A stretch of 64,000 nucleotides of DNA from the NCBI GenBank assembly GCA_964454165.1, contig CAYVQJ010000084.1:44077-108076 (forward strand), in the 5' to 3' direction. The translations under genes were made by a program, and so were the position numbers. Shown here piece after piece: positions 36,670-44,423 of the stretch (its first letter is position 1; the number at the start of each line of letters is the position of its first letter). The DNA is from an uncultured Myxococcales bacterium (GTDB lineage Bacteria > Myxococcota_A > UBA9160 > SZUA-336). The notes beneath the pieces are model-generated. The model had not been told where the DNA came from, did not search any database, and saw only the letters and a list, made by a program, of their open reading frames with translations.

Positions 36670-37848
36670 CGCCTTCGGCTCCGGCTTCGTCGGGGTCTGG
36701 TTGCTCGGCAGGTTGTAGTGGGAGACGTCGATCTCCTCGAGCTCGATCTCGCGCGCGAGCACGCGCTCCTTCCAGGCGAGAAGCTCGGGGTGGCGCGCCT
36801 GGAACTCGGGCATCACCTCGCGGCCGAACAGCTCGAGCGAGGAGCAGATGTCCTCGTGCGTGTTGTTGCCGGCCTGGTTCAAGAGGATCACCTGATCGAC
36901 GTGCGACTCCTCGAAGCGATGCAGGCGCTCGCGCAGCGTGGCCGGTGAGCCGATCAGCGCGGTCCCGCGCCGGCGCTGGCCTTCCGGCGACTGCTTCCAC
37001 TGGAGGTACTCGTTCCACAGGTTCACGGTGCCGGGCTTCACCGGGCCGTGGCGGTTGTAGAAGAGCAGCGCGAACTGGAAGAAGGTCCAGCCTTCGGCCT
37101 TGCGCTCGGCTTCCTGGTCGGTCTCGGCGCACATGAAGCCGGACACGACCGCGATCTGCGGATTGGTCTGGTAGTCGCAGAGCTTCTCGAGGCGGCGGGT
37201 GTAGGCGTTGTAGTAGCAGTGCACCCAGGCCTTCGCGGCGTCGGCGCTCATGAACTGGAAGCCGAGCACGCCGAGGCCGCGGCGTCCCGCCATCTCGATC
37301 GTGTCGAGCTGCGAGCACGCGACCCAGAGCGGCGGGTGCGGGCGCTGCAGCGGCTTGGGCAGCACGTTGCGCAGCGGGAAGTCGAAGTACTCGCCGTGGT
37401 ACTCCCAGCCTTCGCTCCAGAACATGGGCAGCGTCGCGCGCACGGCGTCTTCCCAGACCGCGCGCTTGTCGCGGAATTTGCGGCCGAACGGATGCAGCTC
37501 GGTCACGCTCGAGCCTTCGCCGATGCCGAGCTCGACGCGCCCGTGCGAGACCAGGTCGAGCGTCGCGACGCGCTCGGCCACGCGCGCCGGATGGTTCGTG
37601 GTGAGCTGGACGATCCCGTGCCCGAGGCGGATGCGCTTCGTACGCTGGCTCGCCGCCGCCAGGAACACCTCGGGAGCCGACGAGTGCGAGTACTCCTCCA
37701 GGAAGTGGTGCTCCACCTCCCACGCGTAGTCGTAGCCAAGCCCGTCGGCCAGCTCGATCTGGTCCAGCGAGTGCTGCAGCAGCCGGTACTCGCTGCCCTC
37801 GTCCCAGGGGCGTGGAATCTGGTGCTCGTAGAAGATCCCGAACTTCAT
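36655..37848 (-). CDS. LLM-class flavin-dependent oxidoreductase
   Basis: MKFGIFYEH..., luciferase-like TIM-barrel pattern; 3' end overlaps the convergent hydrolase by 15 nt. Confidence 0.85.
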   Translation of the reverse strand: MKFGIFYEHQIPRPWDEGSEYRLLQHSLDQIELADGLGYDYAWEVEHHFLEEYSHSSAPEVFLAAASQRTKRIRLGHGIVQLTTNHPARVAERVATLDLVSHGRVELGIGEGSSVTELHPFGRKFRDKRAVWEDAVRATLPMFWSEGWEYHGEYFDFPLRNVLPKPLQRPHPPLWVACSQLDTIEMAGRRGLGVLGFQFMSADAAKAWVHCYYNAYTRRLEKLCDYQTNPQIAVVSGFMCAETDQEAERKAEGWTFFQFALLFYNRHGPVKPGTVNLWNEYLQWKQSPEGQRRRGTALIGSPATLRERLHRFEESHVDQVILLNQAGNNTHEDICSSLELFGREVMPEFQARHPELLAWKERVLAREIELEEIDVSHYNLPSNQTPTKPEPKASASA

Positions 37849-37987
37849 GCTGCCTCCGGCGTCCGGCGCCGCGGCCATTCTAGGCAGCGCGCCCGCGATC
37901 TCGGGAAAGTTCCCGCCTGTGGGGAGTTCCCGGCACTACGGGAAGGGCGTAAGATCCGCGCGCCTGAAACACGTTCTAGGGTGCTGG

Positions 37988-40273
37988 ATGCTGCGTTGGC
38001 TGTGGATCTCGTGTGTGCTGATGGTGCCCCTGCCGGTGGCTGCGGCGCGCTTGATCCTGAACGAGCTGAACGCGGTCAGCGCCAGCAACTACCTGTACGG
38101 AGGCACCGCAGCCGCTGATGAATCGGGTGGTCAGGCGGCCGATCCGTTCTTCGGGCGCAGCCTCGGAAATGGTGGCGACTGGCTCGAGCTGGTCGCGATC
38201 GGCGATGGGCTGGACGTCCGGGGCTGGACGCTCGACTTCTACGAGCTGGGCGTATTCCGGACCCGCCTGACACTCTCCTCGAGCCCCCTCTGGGGGAACC
38301 TCGCGGCGGGCACGCTGATCACGATCGCAGAGGACGTGCCCGAGGACGCGGGCTACGACCCCGCGGCCGGCGACTGGTGGATCCAGGCACGGGCCGGGAC
38401 GGCGGGCGGCGGCGCGCTCGTGAGCGCCCTCGACTTTCCGGCCTCGCACGACGACTGGCAGCTCGTGATCCGCGACGCGGCCGGGAATGGGGTCTTCGGC
38501 CCCGTGGGCGAGGCCATCGCCGGCGCCGGCGTGAACTCGCGCGAGACCTTCCGGCTCGAGGCGGATCCGAGCGCGATCGTCGCCCCGAGCTCGGCGAGCT
38601 ACAACGACGCGGTCTCGAGCTCGTTCGGCGCGCCGAACCTCTACGCCGCGGGAGCGGTCACGCAGGACTTCTCCGCGCTGCGCCTGGGACTCCCGCTGCC
38701 CGACCAGGACGGCGACGGCGTCGCCGACGACGGCGACTTCTCCGGGATCGCCGGCGACGCGCCCTGCGCGACGAATGCCGGGACAGGCTGCGACGACAAC
38801 TGCCCCGTCTTCGGGAACCCCGGCCAGGGAGATACCGGAGTGGTCGGCGGCGCGGGGTCGGACGGCCGCGGCGACGCCTGCCAGTGCGGCGACGTGAACG
38901 ACGACGGCGCGGTCACCGCCAACGACGCGTCCGATCTGCGCGCCTGGCTGGCGTCGGCGCTGGCGCCGCTCCCGGGTGTGTCGAAGTGCGGCGTCGTGAA
39001 CGACGGCCGTTGCAGCGTGGCGGACGCGAGCGTGCTCCAGCGCACGACGCTCGCCGGCCTCGGTCCCGCGATCGCGCCCGTGTGTCTCGCAGCGACGCCT
39101 CCGGCGTCCTCGGCGGACATCTACTTCGACCCGACGCGCGTGCTCGACATCGAGGTCACCATGTCGCCCGCGGACTTCGACACGCTGCGCACGCAGACCC
39201 GGTACATCTACGCGTATCTCTACTCGCCGACCTGCGGCGACGGGCCGTTTCCGAGCCCCTACACCTGGTTCCCCGCGACGGTGCGCGTGGACGGCGTCAC
39301 GGTCCCGCAGACCGGCATCCGCAAGAAGGGCTTCGTCGGGTCGCTCTCCGTGACGAAGCCCGCGCTCAAGCTCGACTTCGGCCAGTACGTCGGCGGCCGC
39401 ACGCTGAACGGCCTCGGCTCGATGACGCTCAACAACGCGCGCCAGGACCCCACGTACCTGAAGCAGTGCCTCGGCGCGATGATGCTCTCCGACGCCGGCT
39501 TGCCGGTCGGGCGCTGCAGCTTCGCGAACGTACGCGTGAACGGCGAGAACCTGGGCCTCTACGTGCACGTCGAGGAGTACAAGACGCCGTTCCTCACGCG
39601 CGCCTTCGGGAGCGCGGCCGGCAAGCTCTACGAGGGCACGCTCTCCGACTTCTGGCCCGGCGAGTGGCGCAACACCTTCGAGATCGAAGGTGCAGCAGCG
39701 GCCGACACGACCGAGCTCGACGCGCTGGTCGACGCGCTCCAGCTCCCCGACGGACAGGTGCTGCCGGCAGTCGAGGCGCTGGTGGACGTGCCCGCGTTCA
39801 TCGACTTCTGGGCCGCGAGCGCCTTGATCGGGGACTGGGACGGCTACACCAACAACCAGAACAACTTCTGGATCTACCTGCGCCCGGGCCAGGGGCGCTT
39901 TCATTTCCTGCCGTGGGGTATCGACGACGTGCTGGGTCGCGGCAATCCCGCCTTCTACGAGGACGCGGTGAACGCGCCCGCCGTCGTGCCGCGCTCGACG
40001 CTCGCGCGCCGGCTGTACGGTCAGCTCGACACCCAGATCGCGTTCATCGCGCGTCTCGTTTACCTGGCGCAGTCGGTGTGGAATCCGGTGCGCTATCTGG
40101 CGGAGATCGATCGCATCCAGGCGCTGATCACGCCGTACACGGGCGACCTCACGGCTTCACTCGTGCCGGTCCGCCAGTGGATCGCGCTACGACAGGGGCG
40201 GGTCGAGGCGGAGCTCGCCAACGGTCCCCCCGTCTGGTCCGAGGACCAGCGCGATCATCCCTGCGTGTACTGA
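37988..40273 (+). CDS. CotH kinase-family protein with N-terminal lamin-tail domain and dockerin/thrombospondin-like Ca-binding repeats
   Basis: Signal peptide MLRWLWISCVLMVPLPVAAA; LTD pattern (LILNELNAV...GDWLELV); DQDGDGVADDGD and CGDVNDDGAVTANDASDL repeats; CotH core (FWIYLRPGQGRFHFLPWGIDDVLG). Confidence 0.8.
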   Translation: MLRWLWISCVLMVPLPVAAARLILNELNAVSASNYLYGGTAAADESGGQAADPFFGRSLGNGGDWLELVAIGDGLDVRGWTLDFYELGVFRTRLTLSSSPLWGNLAAGTLITIAEDVPEDAGYDPAAGDWWIQARAGTAGGGALVSALDFPASHDDWQLVIRDAAGNGVFGPVGEAIAGAGVNSRETFRLEADPSAIVAPSSASYNDAVSSSFGAPNLYAAGAVTQDFSALRLGLPLPDQDGDGVADDGDFSGIAGDAPCATNAGTGCDDNCPVFGNPGQGDTGVVGGAGSDGRGDACQCGDVNDDGAVTANDASDLRAWLASALAPLPGVSKCGVVNDGRCSVADASVLQRTTLAGLGPAIAPVCLAATPPASSADIYFDPTRVLDIEVTMSPADFDTLRTQTRYIYAYLYSPTCGDGPFPSPYTWFPATVRVDGVTVPQTGIRKKGFVGSLSVTKPALKLDFGQYVGGRTLNGLGSMTLNNARQDPTYLKQCLGAMMLSDAGLPVGRCSFANVRVNGENLGLYVHVEEYKTPFLTRAFGSAAGKLYEGTLSDFWPGEWRNTFEIEGAAAADTTELDALVDALQLPDGQVLPAVEALVDVPAFIDFWAASALIGDWDGYTNNQNNFWIYLRPGQGRFHFLPWGIDDVLGRGNPAFYEDAVNAPAVVPRSTLARRLYGQLDTQIAFIARLVYLAQSVWNPVRYLAEIDRIQALITPYTGDLTASLVPVRQWIALRQGRVEAELANGPPVWSEDQRDHPCVY

Positions 40274-41379
40274 GCCTCGGGCAGACGCCAGGCCGGCTCG
40301 GTCTGCGCGCCGCCGAGCGCCAGGTCCGCGGCGATGCAGCCGATCGCGGGCACGAACTTGAAGCCGTGGCCCGAGCACGGCGAGCACACCACGAACGGGC
40401 CGCGGCGGTCGAGCAGGAAGTGCTCGTCGGGTGTGCTCGTGTAGAGGCAGGGCGTGGCTTCGACGGGCGTCGGGTCGAGCCCGGGGAACCACTCCGCGAC
40501 GTAGCGCGACAGTCGCGCGAGCTGCCCGCGATCGATCCCGCCCGGCGCATCCGGATGCAACGCCTCGCCCGCGCCGTGCTCTCCGACCTTCACGCCCAGG
40601 CCGGGCGCGAGCAGCCCGTAGGTCGCGAAGCCGAGGTGCCTGGCGGCGCTTGCCGCGTCTGCACCGCCGTGATGGATGAACGCCGGCCACGGCTGGTCGG
40701 GAGTCCGCGGCGCGAAGTGAGCCGGGAGCTCACGCGTCACGCGGAGCGGCGGCAACGCGACGAGGTCCCGGAGCAGCATTCCGACCCAGGCCCCCGCGGC
40801 GACGACGACCGTACCCGCGCGATCCTCGCCTCGCGCGGTCGTCACGAGCACGCCGTCGCCGTCGATGCGCAACGCGAGCACCTTCTCCCCGAAGCGAAGC
40901 TCGGCGCCATCCCGCGAGCACAGCCGCTGCAGCGCCGCGACGGTCGCCTGCGCCCGGCAGCGCCCGCCTTCGGGGCTAAAGACGACCGCGGCGCCGAAGC
41001 GCATCCCGGGCCAGCGCCGCGCGGCCTCTGCGGGCGACAGCCGCTCGAAGGGTCGACGGGCAGCCCGGAGGTTGGCGGCGATTGCGTCGACCGCCGCCGG
41101 CGCGCCGTGGTCGAGCTGACCGTCCTGATCGAGCAGCGTCTCGCCGGCCAGGCACTCGAGCTCGCGCCAGAGTGGCAGCGCCTGGAGTGCTAACGCTACG
41201 TAGCGGGGATCGCGGTACGCCACGCGGAAGATGCGCGCGCTGCCGTGCGAGCTGCCGCGCGCGTGGCCGGGTTGGAACTGCTCGAGCAGCAACACCGAGC
41301 GCCCGCGGCGCGCGAGCTGCCACGCCGTCGCCGAGCCCATCGCCCCCGCGCCGACGACGATCGCGTCGTAGGCGCTCAA
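40255..41379 (-). CDS. monomeric sarcosine oxidase / N-methyl-tryptophan oxidase-like FAD-dependent oxidoreductase
   Basis: Rossmann YDAIVVGAGAMGSATAW near the N-terminus; covalent-FAD-type motif SPCSGHGFKF. Probable TTG start at 41379 overlapping the upstream amidohydrolase stop (TTGA); track N-terminal extension is run-on. Confidence 0.8.
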   Translation of the reverse strand: MSAYDAIVVGAGAMGSATAWQLARRGRSVLLLEQFQPGHARGSSHGSARIFRVAYRDPRYVALALQALPLWRELECLAGETLLDQDGQLDHGAPAAVDAIAANLRAARRPFERLSPAEAARRWPGMRFGAAVVFSPEGGRCRAQATVAALQRLCSRDGAELRFGEKVLALRIDGDGVLVTTARGEDRAGTVVVAAGAWVGMLLRDLVALPPLRVTRELPAHFAPRTPDQPWPAFIHHGGADAASAARHLGFATYGLLAPGLGVKVGEHGAGEALHPDAPGGIDRGQLARLSRYVAEWFPGLDPTPVEATPCLYTSTPDEHFLLDRRGPFVVCSPCSGHGFKFVPAIGCIAADLALGGAQTEPAWRLPEAQYTQG

Positions 41380-42539
41380 CGCGCGAGCGCCGTCCCCATC
41401 AGGTCCACGAAGTTGTCGCAGTAGAAGCGCTGCTTCGCCTGCTCGGAGGCTCCCGCCAGGCTCGCCTCGAAGCGCCGCAGCGGATTCCGGCCCCCTTCGA
41501 CGTGCGGGTAGTCCGACGAGAACAAGCAAACCTCGTCGCCGGCCTGCGAGGTGATCCAGCCAACGTCCTCCGCCGGGTACGGCGTCACGCGGATCTGGCG
41601 GCGCACGTACTCGCTCGGCCGCAGCGACAGCTTCCGCAGGCGCTCTTCCGACTTCATGAACGCGTCCTGCGCCGAGTCGAGCTGGCGCATCCAGCCCGGC
41701 AGCCAGGAGGCGCCCTGCTCGATCACGCCGCAGCGCAGCCGCGGGAAGCGCTCGAACACGCCATCGATGATCAGCGTGGCCAGCGTCTGCATCACCGGAT
41801 AGGGGATCGCCATGTAGTCGACGGAGCGGAAGTTCTCGTCGCCGCCGTGGAAGTCGGTGACGCGCGGCAGGCCGTTCTCGAAGTAGCTCGGGTCGAGCAG
41901 CTCGCCTCCGCCGCCGACGTGGAACACGATCGGGATGCCGGCCTCCTGCGCCTGCGCCCAAACCGCGTCGAGCGCCACGTGGCTCGGCGAGTGCCCCTTC
42001 GGGCAGGCGGACGCGACCAGCAGCGCAGCGGCGCCGAGCTCGATCGCCTCGCGCGCGACTACGGGTGCCTGCGCCAGGTCGCGGAGCGGCACGTAGAGCG
42101 TCGGCAGCAGCCGGCGATCGGCGCTGCAGAAGTCGGCCAGCGCGCGGTTGTGTGCGCGCGCCATGCCGTAGCTGTACGCGATGTCATCGCCACGCTCGGC
42201 GCGGCAGAGCGCGCCGTTCAGGAAGGTGTTGAAGACGAGCTGGCTCGAGAAGCCGAGCAGGTCGAGCGCGCGCGAGCGGTCCTCCTTCAAGAAGGACCCG
42301 GTCGCGCTCCAGTTCTTGCGCTGCATGATCTCGGCTTCGTCGGCGGCGCGGTACGCCGGGTCGCGGTGCCGGCGCCGCCAGACGTCGATGAAGCTCTCCT
42401 CGCCGGGCTTGACCCGCGCGACGTCGAGCGGGCGCAGCTTCTCGCGCAGCGCGGCGTCGGCGAAAGGGAACAGCCAGTCCGGGGTCTCCATCACGTGCGA
42501 GTCCGCGTCGTGATAGATCCGTCCGCTCGCGTAGGGCAT
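41376..42539 (-). CDS. amidohydrolase-2 (ACMSD-like metal-dependent hydrolase) family protein
   Basis: 387 aa; TIM-barrel amidohydrolase_2 pattern (IVFHVGGGGE, SSDYPHVEG). Confidence 0.85.
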   Translation of the reverse strand: MPYASGRIYHDADSHVMETPDWLFPFADAALREKLRPLDVARVKPGEESFIDVWRRRHRDPAYRAADEAEIMQRKNWSATGSFLKEDRSRALDLLGFSSQLVFNTFLNGALCRAERGDDIAYSYGMARAHNRALADFCSADRRLLPTLYVPLRDLAQAPVVAREAIELGAAALLVASACPKGHSPSHVALDAVWAQAQEAGIPIVFHVGGGGELLDPSYFENGLPRVTDFHGGDENFRSVDYMAIPYPVMQTLATLIIDGVFERFPRLRCGVIEQGASWLPGWMRQLDSAQDAFMKSEERLRKLSLRPSEYVRRQIRVTPYPAEDVGWITSQAGDEVCLFSSDYPHVEGGRNPLRRFEASLAGASEQAKQRFYCDNFVDLMGTALAR

Positions 42540-42595
42540 CGCTCGGGCCTCCGTCGGCGAGAGCCTAGACGGAGGCCCGACCGAACGGAAGCGGG

Positions 42596-42991
42596 TCAGC
42601 TCGCGCGAACTTCGATGCGGCGGGCGCGGGCGGCGGCGGCCTTCGGCAGCTCGATCTCGAGCACGCCATCGGTCACCCGGGCTCGGATGCGGTCCAGATC
42701 GACGGTCTCGCCGACCCGGAAGCTGCGCTGCCAGTTCCCGACGTTGTACTCGGTGTAGAGCGGCGCGAGGTCGGCGTAGTCGCCGACGTCCACGCGCCCT
42801 TCGAGCGTGAGCACGCCGTTGTCCAGCCGCACGTCCACCGACTTCTCGTCGACGCCCGGCACGTCGGCCCAGAGCCAGAGCGCCTCCGCGGTCTCGGCGA
42901 TGTCTACGCTGGGCATGTAAACGCGCCCGGGGCGCGTGGTCTCCTGCTTCGAGACCTCCTGCTTTTTCACGGGAACCACTTCGGTCTGCAT
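42596..42991 (-). CDS. Hsp20/alpha-crystallin family small heat-shock protein
   Basis: Alpha-crystallin domain pattern (DIAETAEALWLWADVPGVDEKSVDVRLDNGVLTLEG...GVLEIELPK). Confidence 0.85.
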   Translation of the reverse strand: MQTEVVPVKKQEVSKQETTRPGRVYMPSVDIAETAEALWLWADVPGVDEKSVDVRLDNGVLTLEGRVDVGDYADLAPLYTEYNVGNWQRSFRVGETVDLDRIRARVTDGVLEIELPKAAAARARRIEVRAS

Positions 42992-43014
42992 CTTGGTCTC
43001 CTATCTCAGGTCAG

Positions 43015-43455
43015 TCATGCTGCCTGGATGGCGATCTGGCGCGGCTTCGCCTCTTCGCGCCGGGGCACGCGGATCGTGAGCACGCCGTTCTTGTGGCTGG
43101 CCGCCGCGCGCGACGGATCCAACTCGGGCGGCAGGCGCAGCGAACGCGAGAACTCTCCCGACCAGCGCTCGCGGCGGTGGAAGCTGCCCTGCGCCGGGTG
43201 CGGTACGTCGCGCTTCGCCGAGATCGTCAGTGTGTCGCCGTTGCTCTCCACCTTGATCGACTCCTGCGCGACGCCGGGGAGCTCCACTCGAAGCGCGGTC
43301 TCGTCCTTCCCGCCGAACACGTTCACGGGCGGGAAGACTCCACGGCCGGAAGGCCCGAGGGCGAACCAGCCCACCTCGCGCTCGAGCGCCTGCTCTAGCT
43401 CGTCCTGCAGGCGGCGAAGCGCATCGAATGGCTCGAAGGTGACGCCGAATGACAT
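43015..43455 (-). CDS. Hsp20/alpha-crystallin family small heat-shock protein
   Basis: ACD pattern (ALRVELPGVAQESIKVESNGDTLTISAKR...GVLTIRVPR). Confidence 0.85.
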   Translation of the reverse strand: MSFGVTFEPFDALRRLQDELEQALEREVGWFALGPSGRGVFPPVNVFGGKDETALRVELPGVAQESIKVESNGDTLTISAKRDVPHPAQGSFHRRERWSGEFSRSLRLPPELDPSRAAASHKNGVLTIRVPRREEAKPRQIAIQAA

Positions 43456-43500
43456 GTTCTCGTTCCTCCTCTGTGACAGAGCCTCGGCACCGGCCGTGGT

Positions 43501-43518
43501 CCGTCAAGCGCTTGACGG
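43501..43518. promoter_or_regulatory. Perfect 18-bp palindrome CCGTCAAGCGCTTGACGG between the divergent Hsp20 and short-chain dehydrogenase genes; candidate repressor operator
   Basis: Seen directly; 46-63 bp upstream of the Hsp20 start and ~72 bp upstream of the dehydrogenase start. Carries TTGAC -35-like hexamers in both orientations. Does not match CIRCE or HAIR consensus. Confidence 0.35.
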
Positions 43519-43589
43519 CGCCGGTTCGGGGCCTACGCAGTTTGGTGGCACGGTTGACGGGACTGCCAGCCGGCTGGTCAGATCGGCGC

Positions 43590-44423
43590 ATGGGTCGTCT
43601 GGAAGGCAAGGTGGCGCTCGTCACCGGCGGCGCGAGCGGGATCGGCGAGCGAACCACGCGCCTGTTCGTGGAGGAGGGCGCTCGCGTCCTGGTGGCCGAC
43701 CTGCAGGAAGAGCGCGGGCGCGCGGTGGCCGCGAGCCTCGGCAAGCACGCGGCGTTTTGCCGCACCGAGGTGAGCCGCGAGGACCAGGTGCGGGCGGCCG
43801 TGGCAGCGTCCGTCGCCGCGTTCGGGCGCCTGGACGTGCTCGTGAACAACGCGGGATTCGGCGGTGCGCTCGGGCCGCTCGAGAGCACGCCCGTCGAGGA
43901 GTGGGACGTGACCTTCGCCGTGCTGGTGCGCGGGCCGTTCCTCGGCATGAAGCACGCCGCGCCGGCGCTGCGCGCGGCGGGCGGCGGGGCCGTGGTCAAC
44001 ATCGCGAGCGTGGCGGGGCAGGTCGGTGGCTTCGGCCCGCACGCCTACAGCGCCGCGAAGGCCGCGCTGATCCAGCTCACGCGCACGGCGGCGCTCGAGC
44101 TCGCCGAGCAGAGCACGCGCGTGAACGCGATCTGCCCGGGCTTCATCGCCACTCCCCTCGCGACCAACACCGTCGGCCGGCCTGACGCGGGCATCGCGAA
44201 GGCCAAGCCCGCGATGTCACGCGCCCAGCCGATCGCGCGCGCGGGTGAGCCCGACGACATCGCGCAGGCCGTGCTCTGGCTCGCGAGCGACGCTGCGGGG
44301 TTCGTGACGGGTCAGACGCTCGTCGTCGACGGCGGGCTCACGGCTGGCCGGCGCTGGAGCGAGCAGCCGGAGTTCGTGCGGCAGCATCGTCCTCTGCGCG
44401 TGTATCGGCCGGAGGGCTACTAG
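43590..44423 (+). CDS. short-chain dehydrogenase/reductase (SDR)
   Basis: TGGASGIG Rossmann motif, NNAG, YSAAK catalytic Y-x-x-x-K. Confidence 0.85.
   Translation: MGRLEGKVALVTGGASGIGERTTRLFVEEGARVLVADLQEERGRAVAASLGKHAAFCRTEVSREDQVRAAVAASVAAFGRLDVLVNNAGFGGALGPLESTPVEEWDVTFAVLVRGPFLGMKHAAPALRAAGGGAVVNIASVAGQVGGFGPHAYSAAKAALIQLTRTAALELAEQSTRVNAICPGFIATPLATNTVGRPDAGIAKAKPAMSRAQPIARAGEPDDIAQAVLWLASDAAGFVTGQTLVVDGGLTAGRRWSEQPEFVRQHRPLRVYRPEGY

Noticed and set aside
37976-39904. 642-aa minus-strand ORF
   Set aside because: Antisense to the well-supported CotH gene; low-complexity R/A/G-rich translation.
43501-43518. Assigning the Hsp20 upstream palindrome to HspR (HAIR) or HrcA (CIRCE)
   Set aside because: Half-site sequence and orientation do not match either consensus, so it is left as an unassigned operator candidate.
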